DNA of 64,000 nucleotides, from NCBI GenBank assembly GCA_964016885.1, contig OZ024742.1:96844001-96908000 (forward strand), written 5' to 3'. Position numbers and translations under genes: made by a program. Shown piece after piece: positions 14,276 to 25,792 of the stretch; position 1 is the first letter of the stretch, and every line of letters starts with the position of its first letter. The notes under the pieces are model-generated. The model did no database searches. It was not told the origin of the DNA and saw only the letters and a program-made list of their open reading frames with translations. Source of the DNA: Eledone cirrhosa. Lineage: Eukaryota.

Positions 14276-15412
14276 AATAACTGTAGTATTGGCAGTATTT
14301 GTCTAGCATTGGAAAAAATGCTTTGCTATCTTTAGTTACAACTTTTTACGTTTTGATTTCAGCTTTGCCTTTTATCCTTTTAGAGTTGATAAAATAAAGC
14401 ACTAGTTATGTACTAAGTCAATGTAAATGATTTTCCTCTTCTCCCAAATTACTAACCTTGAACCAATGTTATAAAGGGTTATTTATCGTGAGTTTTGAGC
14501 ATAACTTAACAAATCCTCTTACTTATTATAGGTTTTTAGATGAATATGCATTTAAAAGTTTTGTATTATAAAATCGCTGGCAGTTTCATGTAGTTTTGTG
14601 TCTCAAAAGAGTTAATGATTTTATAAGAGGGTCAGACATATTCATATTTTCATTTCTGATACAAACGTCAGATTTTGCCCAAATAATCAATCAAGCAACT
14701 AGGTAGTCCCATTGATGCCCAGGTTGTTGATATTGACTGCCTCCTGATCTAGAGGCTAATGCTGCTGGCATAGAAATGTTTTCATCTTTTGTTTTTTTGT
14801 GTGGTCTGTCAAACATTACAGCGTCTACATTTTAATCATATCCTATTGTATACATACTGCAGACATATTACGTTGTAACTATTAAAGGAAATAAACTTCG
14901 TTTAGGGACACAACACTATGGTAAAGGACGTGCGTCTACATGTGAGAACACAGATACCTAAATATGGAATGTTACGTGATGCCCCCCCCCCCCCCCACAC
15001 ACACACACACACACAGCCCCGGCAGACAGGATGGAGAAGGCGTTCCCCCGGGGTCGGCAAGGAAGACGCGATGGAAAAGTCACTCCAACTCGCGGGGTTC
15101 ACACCTGCGTCTGGCCAGCTCAGCGCCTATGGTTGTGAGTTGGGCCGAGGACACCAGAAGTCTCCACTGCCAGGGGTTTGTAAAGTTGTTCTGGAAACTT
15201 GTGTTGTTTATAATATACACCAGATGGACACACACATAGACAGTTCTTCATTCCAATGATATCATATATCACAATCAAAATCAGTGATAGTTAATCAAAC
15301 ATTTCATGATTTCACTCTTTGATCTGAGTATATATGTGTATATATACATATATAAACGCAGATACATATATATACACATATATGTGTGTTTGTGTGTGTG
15401 TTAGCATGTGTG

Positions 15413-15484
<72 letters not shown>

Positions 15485-15487
<3 letters not shown>

Positions 15488-15933
15488 TGATGCCTTGCAG
15501 TACTATATTAATTTGTTCCATGACTGAGATCGTTTTACAATTTACTCATTTAGCAAATCAATTTTCCCAATTGAAATTGATTAAAATATAAATAATCCGT
15601 TCCAGTCTCACAAAGCCACCTAAAAATAATTTTTTTATGGGTTTTCTTCTATTTATTATAAAATGATAGCAAAAACCGCATAGAACTAAAAAAAACACTG
15701 GGGAAACACAATAGGGAAGCTGCGACAATGAGATAAACACACGTACTGAGCAAGTGAAGGCTCTGCTTGTAAGGAGAGCGTGTGTGAGCTCAGCACTGAC
15801 TAGCGGTCGCTTGCATGAAACTCACTCGTACTATGGATTTCCACTTATACTACAAGACAAAAATTTACACCAGTTTCTGCTAATGCAACAAATTACTTGT
15901 ACAATGGGGCACTTGTACTGTGAGGTTCTACTG
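15485..15933. mobile_element. Non-autonomous Tigger-like element/MITE (~450 bp)
   Basis: Degenerate TIRs CAGTGATGCCTTGCAGTAC / GTACTGTGAGGTTCTACTG (13/19 match); TA flanks; Tigger-like subterminal sequence. Confidence 0.6.
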
Positions 15934-16618
15934 TATATATAAATATGAACCAAATCAAATAAACTGGAATTCACATTTAGGAAGGAATCCAACTTTTAAA
16001 ATCAGAATAAATATAAATTCATTATGGAGGAATGAGGTAGTGTCACACAATTCAAGATATCAAAATGGTATAAAACAATAAACATTGTGGTTTTAACGGG
16101 GATACTGTATGGCTGAATGGTTCAGAAGTTTGCTTTGCAACCATTAGGTCCTGGTTTGAAAACCAGGACCTACAACATGGTTGTACATTCTATTTTGGAA
16201 TGATTTCTATGACTTTCTTAGTGCATAACAGCTAGTATCCTAGGATAGATTAGAGTTAGAACTTATTTCCATATTTAATCTTCACTTTTTTAATCTATTT
16301 TCCATCAGTCAATGCTGCATGGCCAAATTCTTAAGTGTGATTCATAATCATTTTGTGCTATTTACCATAGCTGTAAGCTTTGGGTTTGTGGAAACTATGA
16401 TGAAGCGCATCAGATTGATTGTCAAAGAACCAGATTTGTCACACACTCTTATATGCTGAATCCCTCTCTGTGAATGACATTAACGGTTTATATGTTTTTT
16501 GAATTCCCCAAATGAAACCATGGTAAGGAGATTTATACATAAGCGAGTTTAGATAGAATACTTTTTAGTCTATCTTATTTATATTTCCATAAATAGTTTT
16601 TTCTCAATTAATTTTAAG

Positions 16619-16649
<31 letters not shown>

Positions 16650-17173
16650 AAGATAGACGGATGGACAGATGTTGGTGTGTGTAATGTGTAAATATATATC
16701 ATCATCCCCATCATTTAACGTCTGTTCTTTTTCTTCTAGCAATGGTTGATAAGGTCATCACTGACTGAGTGAGTTTTCAAGTAAAGCTACTGATTTCTCA
16801 AATAGGCAGGTAGCTGTAACTTGCTTACATATGTCCGTACACTCTACAAAGGCCTGCATACATTTCTGCGCTTTACCACATGCAATTGATCATGACACCA
16901 ACACTAGGGTGTTAGTTTGTAATGGCTCTAACATAGCTGAAAAGTACTCCCAACAGTTTATACATATATATATATAATGTTCCCGAGTTGTGTTGTGGGG
17001 AGGTAAGCACAGTTAAAAATCGTAGTGACTACATTCGCAGAGAATAGGCATTTTTACTATATATAGAAATTAATTCTACAGGAATAAAACTGTTTCATTC
17101 CTATGAAATCTCGATGATTTCAAACGAATGAAACAGTTGTCGACCTGTAGAAGTCATTTATCTTTCTTTCTCT

Positions 17174-17233
<60 letters not shown>

Positions 17234-18359
17234 GTATATGTGTGTATATATATATATGATGATGATGATGATTTTTAGATATATATGTGTGAGTGCGTGT
17301 GTGTGTCTGTCTGTATATAATTATTAGACTTTAAAAAGCAATATATAGAAAAATGCTCCACATCCATAACTATAGCTGAGCAGACTGTTCAACTGAAGGT
17401 ATTCTAGATTTTCACTTGAAACACAATGACAAAAACAAAGACTGACAGAGTACAAAGAGTTAAAATAAATAACAGATGTAATGATAAGAGAACAAACAAG
17501 TAGTTATTTTTCCATTATTTTCTATATAACCTCAGAGATCAATCAATATTGATGTTGGTAGCAGTTCTGACACTTCAAGACATTATGGAAGATTGATGAC
17601 AGACGTATTGATGAGTGGAAGTCAATTTTGAAGTAGTCATATCTGTTTCAAATGTGATATTATAAAATATATGCGTCTACACACACACATTCAAAAATAA
17701 CACTTTCAAAAAACACACTCACAAATCCTGACATGAATACATACATGTCTAAATAATGATACGTATGTCCAACCCATGCAAGGTCGGAAAAGCGGACATC
17801 GATATGTCTTTAAAACAACTGAAGGACACTTAGTTTGGCACGATGCCCTTCCTATAACTAACTATTTTACAGAGTGTACTGGGTGCATTTATTGTGTTGA
17901 TGACTAATTCTTTGGTATGGTTTCTAGAGCAAAGTAATATTTTTATTAGGGTGTACAGGGTGCATTTTCATGACACCAACACTAGAGAGGTTGTTGGTTA
18001 TTATCCCAACTAAAGAGCCCTTTCTTCTCTGTGGTAGTGATGGTGATGGTGGAAGAGGGGATAATGAAGATATGTGTGATGTTATGACTACATGGAAAGT
18101 GCAGTGGGATTTGACAGGGTGATGAGTACAACAGAAAAGTGGTGTGACCTCCAATAATGTAGTGGGGAGGATTGTCAGGATTTTAGATTTGTGTAGGGAT
18201 GTAGTGATGGTGAAAATAAATATGGAGTGATAATCGAGAAGCATGGGTGGAGAGAGAAACTAATGTGTAATAGAGAGAATAGCTACTAAGGATTTTAGGA
18301 AATGGGTGCACTGAGGGAGAGAATAGTTAAGGTGTGATTATACCTGTGTTAAGATTTTG

Positions 18360-18790
18360 GTAGTGAAGGTGATCTTGGTCGCAAGAGCTTGCTTGAGAAG
18401 AAATTCATGGAAACAACCTAGAATCAAAATGACCCAAAGTAAACCTATCAATGATCTACGGTTTAATAATTAGAAAAGAGGACAAAACTCTGATTCCATC
18501 ATGGAAATGACGATGCACAGTAGAAAAGGAGTAGGTACAAACTTTATAATATGCACTCAAGGTGTAGTTGTATTGTAGACAGACAAACATAAAAAGTTAA
18601 CTTTGTATGTGACAGATCACTAGGGATAGTGTATAGAAGGACCAACAGTGAAACATACTTTTATCAGTTGCAAAATATACCACAGAAGTAGTAGATAGTT
18701 TCTGTTACTTAAGTGACCTCATTAACTGTGGGGGATATTGGTTTGAAAGCACAATGGCTAGAACAAGCTGAAAAAAATTTAGCCTGCATG
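18360..18790 (+). mobile_element. Highly degenerate RTE LINE fragment
   Basis: EVVDSFCYLSDLINCGG-like peptide at ~18685-18735, homologous to the post-RT region of the other RTE copies. Confidence 0.5.
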
Positions 18791-18964
18791 GCAGCTGGAG
18801 AGAAGTGCCAGTTGATGCCATGGGAAAGAAGCTGTAGTTGAGGAAGACTGAGAAAAGCTTAGGCGGAGGCGGTTAGATTTGATGTCAAAACACTGATCAA
18901 AGATGATGAAGGAACACAAGTAGTGGAAGTAATCTGTGATGTAAAGCAGTTATATAAAAGACGA

Positions 18965-19213
<249 letters not shown>

Positions 19214-19309
19214 GACAATGAGAATTACAGCTTTTTGTAAACTTTATTTCATATTACAATTGTATTTTGGTTAAGAGGTGCCTACTGACTGTAGGTTTCG
19301 CATTTTACT

Positions 19310-21230
19310 TAGGCAAGGCGGGTCTTCTGTATTATTGCGTAGCGGCAAAAGGCTCGGTCCAGTGACATTGTCTTGGAGAGGTGTAAGTGTGTAAAGTCGG
19401 AATTTATCAAATCGTCCCAGGTTTTGCTGGATCTGCCTACTCCGTAGCTACAGTCTATTTTGAACGCCCTGCAGTTTTTTTATACAGCTGTCATCTTTCA
19501 TGCACATCACGTGACCATACCAACGTTGTCTTCTCTCGAGTAAACAACATCTGATCCCTCTTAGTCCTAATTTCTCACTTAGTTCATTTATGCTTTGCCG
19601 TTCACGTATATTACTATACACAACCAACGGAGCATGCACGCTTCGTTCGTCTCCAGTCTGCGTAGATCCTCTGCACACAATGCCCATATCTCACTGCCAA
19701 GTAACATTGGTGTTCGTATACAGGCATCATATAGTCTGCCTTTCATTTTTAGCGGCCAATAGTGGTATAAGCTCTCTGAACTTTTTCCATCTCGTTCGAA
19801 CTCTAGCTACAGTACTTTCAGTGCACTCTCCACCACCGCTGATTGTGTCACCTAGGTAACGGAAGGTGTCCACTATTTCTATAGAACCATCTGGGCAATG
19901 GAAGGAGCTAATATCCTGTGGTCACTTGCTACTACTTTTTGCACCTGAGCACCGGCCACATATGAATTCTATGTTCTTAGTTAGCTTACCATTGATCCCA
20001 CTACATCTTTTATGCACCCATACTTTGCATTTGGGACATAAATGGAGTTTCTGCCTACTCCTTTCCTACACACTGAGCATGGCCATCTCCCAGAGGGGAC
20101 CAGTGCCTATTTTCCTTCCTACATACTAGCACTTTAGTCTTAGACAAGTTAATTTTAAGGCCTTTTGATTCTAGGTCATGCTTCCATGTTTGGAATTTCT
20201 TCTCTAGTTCAGCCATCGATTCAGCTATGAGCGTTAAGTGATCTGCGTATAGAAGTTCCCATTGGCAGCCGGTCTTGAACTCCTCTGTTATAGCCTGAAG
20301 GGCAATAATAAATAGGAGGGGGCTAAGGTCAGAACCCGGATGAACACCAACTTTTACGCTAAACTCTTCACTGTATTCGCTGTTAATTCTAACCTTGCTG
20401 ACTCTTTCTTTATACATGGCTTGTATAGCTCTCACAAGCCATCCATCGACACCTAGTTTTCTGAGAGCCCACCAGATAATGGAGCGGGGGACTCTGTCAA
20501 TGGCTTTTTCCAAGTCAACAAAAGCTAAGTATAGTGGTTTACCTTTAGCTAGGTACTACTCCTGTAGTTGTCATACAAGAAAAGAGCGTCTGTGGTACTT
20601 TTACCTGACACAAACCCGAATTGCATTTCGTCTAGCTCAATTCGCTCTATGATTAGTTGCGCTATAACTTTTTCTGTGATCTTCATGACCTGGTCAATTA
20701 ATTTAATGCCTCTATAGTGTCCCCTATCCAGGGCATCTCCTTTACCCTTGTAGCAGTTAATGATGATGCTGCTACACCAGTCCTTTGGTATAACCCCATT
20801 CTGTATGACCTGGTTTACTATCCGAGTGACCATAGTGTGTCCCACCGTTCCAGATGCTTTCAGCATTTCAGCAACTATTTCCAAAGGCCCAGCCGCGTTG
20901 CCTGTCTTCATATCTTTGATTGCCTTTCTTATTATACTACCTTCGACTTGCACTGCTGGTCCCTCTATTGGATAGACGTGGGGCAGACTGTCGTGTTTTT
21001 GTACCATTTATTCTCCTCATTTAATAGCCTCTCGTAGTGACACTTCCAAGCTACCTTCTTATCAGCGTCAATGATTCCAAGTACACCATCTTCATTATGG
21101 ACACACTTCTCCCCGACAATATCATGGTTTTCCTTGACACATTGCCTAGCAATCCTGAACACCTCACGTTTTTGGTCCTATCGTTGTATAACATGCTTGA
21201 ACTTTCTTTCCTCTGCTTCCCTTCTTGCGA
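19310..21230 (-). mobile_element. RTE LINE, 5'-truncated, reverse transcriptase pseudogene
   Basis: ORF fragments with YRGIKL, QFGFVSGKSTTDA, EKAIDRVPR, GVHPGSDLSPLLF, LLYADHL, RWYGHV; multiple frameshifts. Confidence 0.92.
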
Positions 21231-21256
21231 AGTACACTATATAGATATATATACAC

Positions 21257-21294
<38 letters not shown>

Positions 21295-21329
21295 ATATAT
21301 CTTCATATTCATATTCAGTGAGTCTTGTT

Positions 21330-22130
21330 ACATGGTCATCAGATATATAATTTAAGTCAGCTCTGGCTGTTTGGGTTGACATTAGCCTCAGTGTCCCCTA
21401 ATATGCCAGATAGCAATGCAACTGGGATGATATCAAATACAGGACAATCAAGCCTCTTTTGAACCAACATTATCCTGTCTGCCTCTGATCTCCCATCCAG
21501 CCAAACAGGCCTTTGATGCCTTGTTTATCTACCAGTCCCCTCTTTGATGATCAATGCAACTTCATGGGAATGACCCTGAACAATGGCTTCAGTGGGTGTG
21601 TGAGCCTCACAAATACCATTAAATGTAATGGTTGATGAGTTCAAACTACAGCTGCTCTTATGTTGTCACAGTGCAGGATGGTTCAAACAGCATACTGCTT
21701 TGAATGACATGAACAGATGAAACCTTGACACAACCTGTTTCTCATCACTACTAGGTCCTACTGGCTTCAACTATGGTGCTGCTATTACGGTGCCCAACTG
21801 AGATAACAGTTTTCCTATTCAAGGTTGTAAATCTCTAATATGAGATGCCACATGCAACACATTCTTTGGTTCTAACCTCGTAGCTTTGGCCACAAATGCA
21901 GACACTGTTGCATGTAACACAGAGGTACAGAAGATATCCAAATACCAAGATGTGACAAACCATTTTCTTTGCATGCCAGGGACTGTGAAGACCTCAGGTG
22001 TCCTTGGTATCAGGACTGCCATGTTTCTGAGCAAATTTGGGAGGAGTACATCTAACACAAGGACATTGACTGTGAAGTATAATGCTTTTTCCATCCTTTC
22101 TCTAAGGTACATTTGAGCTAGACTACCTAG
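21330..22130 (+). mobile_element. Degenerate non-LTR retrotransposon 3' fragment with REL endonuclease (CRE-like)
   Basis: GCKSLI*DATCNT...EVQKISKY...PGTVKTSGVLG resembles the GKxLxWDxT...ExxKxxKY...PxxxETxGxxG pattern of restriction-like endonucleases. Confidence 0.5.
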
Positions 22131-22441
22131 CTAAAAGTGCAGGGTTTGCCCCTACCTTGATCTTTTTCATTATTTAATTTTTCTTTCGCTTCTTTTTCTT
22201 TTCCTGTTTATGATTTGAATATTTTTTTCATACTTGAAATGAATAGTGTTTACAATTTTGAAGTGATAAATCTCAGGACAGGTAATCTAATATCATATCC
22301 AACCAGCCTCTTTATTACTAAACTACTTCATCTTTTGGTGGGAAAAGTAAGTTATGCATTTTGCAGTCATCACTTGTTAATAGGATTTTTTTTTTTTAAT
22401 TCATTGTTTTTTATTTATTTATTTATTTTTAGGTTACCAAA

Positions 22442-22443
<2 letters not shown>

Positions 22444-22534
<91 letters not shown>

Positions 22535-22537
22535 TGT

Positions 22538-22592
<55 letters not shown>

Positions 22593-22653
22593 TGTCTGTG
22601 TGTGTATGTGTCTGTGTGTGTGTCTGTGTGTGTGATTGTGTGTGTGTCTGTGT
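22444..22653. repeat. (TG)n microsatellite
   Basis: Direct inspection. Confidence 0.97.
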
Positions 22654-22821
22654 CTTCTTTTTTAATTTTACTGTTTTATGTCACATTGGTCAGAAACAAC
22701 AGACACAGAGCACTGCAATAAATCACAGGATGGTTATTCAGCATAATAATAATAATAATAGTAATTAATAATAATAATAATAATGTATATATATATATAT
22801 ATATATATATAAACATACATT

Positions 22822-22854
<33 letters not shown>

Positions 22855-23441
22855 ATACATATATACACACATACACACACACACATGTGTTTGTGTATGT
22901 ATTTGTGTATCTAAGTATGTATTATAAAGCAAAAAATATAACCCTTGACATTTTATTGTTTTTTTAGTACAGTTAAGATGATTAATGTTTGTTGGTCTGT
23001 AATTTTCAGATGAAACATTTAGATAGATCAAAAGTTTAGTTATCAACTCACTATATTCATATCTGTAACAAAAAATATATATCTCAGCTTTGCTTTCTCA
23101 CGGTGGTTTTTTGGAGGGTTTAAAAAATATTTTGGTTCATTCTACTTTGATTTGTAGTTGCTTTTAATTTTAGTTTTTTTTATTAGATTGGGACAGATTG
23201 TTATGGTTATTGATAGTTATAGATGTTCACTGTGTAGAGTATATATATGTACGTATGGGTTTACCGAACATTTATTATAATGTTCGGTTTGTTTGTAAAC
23301 AAACAGCCTGAATTACGCCGTACAGTGTTCAGGAAACCATCGTTCCTGTGTCAAAATGTTCCTGTTGAAAAGAAAAGGCGACGATGGTTGCATAAGGAAA
23401 CTATATATTTTCAGACGTTCAATCAACTGGCAGGAAGGTAT

Positions 23442-23484
23442 ACGATGCTGACGATAGCTAATAAGCTTGAAACTAGTATATCGT
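23442..23484 (+). ncRNA. Minimal type I hammerhead ribozyme
   Basis: ACGATG [CTGACGA] T-AGCT-AATA-AGCT-T [GAAA] CTAG [TA] TATCGT: stem I pairs, palindromic stem III, GUA cleavage triplet. Confidence 0.8.
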
Positions 23485-23883
23485 TCCTATGTCAGTGTTG
23501 AAAAAAAAAAGGCAACGATGGTTGCCTGAACAGTGTATGGTGTAATTCGGGCTGTTTGTTTACAAACAAACCGAACATTATAATAAATGTTCGGTAAACC
23601 CATACGTACATATATATGTGTGTGCATGTATGTATATATATATATATACATACTACTGTACGTCTGTATACATATATGTATGTACCTATACATACATACT
23701 TACATTTAAGTATCAGCCTTACTGAGAGTGAGAAGTGAAATTTCGTTTCATTCTTTTCCATTTATCGTTTTCGGTGCGCCCGGCCGGCTATCTCACTCGA
23801 TATGCAAATTAGGCTGCTCAGCCGTTAATATGCATAAGGAAAGTATATACTTTCAGACGTTCAATCAACTGGCAGGAAGGTAT

Positions 23884-23920
23884 ACGATGCTGACGATAGC
23901 TAATAAGCTTGAAACTAGTG
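23884..23920 (+). ncRNA. Second hammerhead copy, cleavage site and 3' stem I lost
   Basis: Identical through GAAACTAGT, then joins directly to GTCAGTG. Confidence 0.55.
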
Positions 23921-24299
23921 TCAGTGTTGAAAAAAAAAGCAACGATGGTTGCCTGAACACTGTACGGTGTAATTCGGGATGTTTGTTTACAAACAAACCG
24001 AACATTATAATAAATGTTCGGTAAACTCATACGTACATATATATGTGTGTGCATGTATGTATATATATATACATACTACTCTACGGCTGTATACATATAT
24101 GTATGTACGTATACATACATACTTACACATATATATATATATATACATATATAATGACAATCATTGTAAGTTGGAATCTGACATACAAAAACGTATATAT
24201 ATGAATAAAGTAAGCCCAATTCATTGTAGATTCAAATATCACAGAGAGAGAGGGGGGTGAGGTGCAACAGGAATGAAACATGGATTACAGGTTAAAAAA

Positions 24300-24985
24300 T
24301 AATCTAGATAGATGTGAAACAAAACAAGGATGTAGTTTATGGAGCACCCAAATGATTTAGAAGTTGGCCTTAAGTAGGAGCAATAACATTATAAAAGGCA
24401 TGAACGACCCCACATGATTTAGTTTTGAAAATTGTGAAAGTAGGTTTATAAGTATGAATTTTCATAAGATTTTTGTAGTTGTCTCTGTGGCCTAGCGGTT
24501 CAATCCTGGTCAAGAGAGATATGTAAACTTTTTCAGTTTTTATTTTACAACCAATAGAAAAAACTGAAAAGGTTTACTGGGAACCCTACTCCCAACCAGG
24601 ATATAATCTAGATAGATGTGAAACAAAACGAGGATGCAGTTTATGGAATACCCAAAGTATTTAGAAGTCGACCTTAAGTAGGAGCAATAACATTAAGAAA
24701 GACATGAACGACACCACAACACTTTGTTTTGAAAAGTTTGAAAGTAGCTTTATTAGTATGAACTTTCATAAATTTTTGTTGTTGTCTCTGTGGCCTAGCG
24801 GTTGGTCCTAGTGACGGTGAAGATCCTGGCCTAGCGGTTCAATCCTGGTCAGTTTTTATTTTACAACCAATAGGAAAAACTGAAAAGGTTTACCGGGACC
24901 CTGCTCCCGACCAGGATCGAACTTCAGACCTGGATCACCACCATCTATGATTCCTCCAACTAGCCCACGGAGACAGCTACAAAAG
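24300..24985. repeat. ~304-bp tandem duplication of a fold-back unit with tRNA-like arms
   Basis: AATCTAGATAGATGTGAAACAAAAC at 24301 and 24605; the second copy has inverted arms with A/B-box-like motifs. Confidence 0.7.
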
Positions 24986-25357
24986 AATAATGAAAATTAA
25001 AAATTATTAACTTTAATAATTTTCTTAACTACTTATGATATGTTTTTCACTGTACTTAATTTTTCTGTAGTAGCATTGTTTATCATTTTTCTGTAACAGC
25101 ATGTTTTTTAAGGCTTTTATCTGCTCCTAATTTTTATTGAATTTATATGCTTCATATGCTTCTTCCGCCTCCGTTTTCTTATATTAATGTTGATACATTG
25201 ATACTTGTACTTATCTAGCCTCCATATTATGTATCCTCCTAATGTTCTTGTGACAAAGTGTTTGACTTTTGTTATATACTCCGATAATTCCAGTCTTGTG
25301 CTAGGATGAAATGATCGTATGTGATTAAATGTTTTAAACACTCTTTGATTGTCATTT

Positions 25358-25416
<59 letters not shown>

Positions 25417-25559
25417 AGTAAGTATATTTTGAAACAGTGAGCAGGTTTGAAATTAGAAAATATATACCTTTCACCGTATTTTTGACTAAAGGAATTTTAG
25501 CCTGATAATGGGGTTTAGAACCCTCAGATGAATGGAAAAAGATGAGTTCTGACGTACAT

Positions 25560-25609
25560 GGTTCCCACTTGCCATTGGGAAACCTGGTAACCTGGCCAGT
25601 CCGCCACTG
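25560..25609 (-). mobile_element. Isolated hAT-type terminus
   Basis: TCCGCCACTG is the same 10-bp terminus as the MITE at 47303-47494. Confidence 0.4.
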
Positions 25610-25740
25610 GAACAGTCTCAGTTTGGAATTTAAAAACATTTTTACAAATCCCCTTTACAGAGAGGGTTGGGGGATTTTTGTTGTGACACCGAATGATCAC
25701 TTTACTGCGTGGGCTGGATGTTTTGTGGTACCACCATAAT

Positions 25741-25792
<52 letters not shown>

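Larger units (their letters stand above)
23240..24130. mobile_element. Hammerhead-bearing non-coding element with inverted and tandem duplication (Penelope pseudo-LTR-like)
   Basis: 23240-23344 is inverted relative to 23514-23617; 23388-23705 is repeated directly at 23830-24127; each direct copy has a hammerhead motif. Confidence 0.7.

Noticed and set aside
19275-19296. Hammerhead half-motif on minus strand (GAAACCTACAGTC)
   Set aside because: No CUGANGA partner nearby; too little to call
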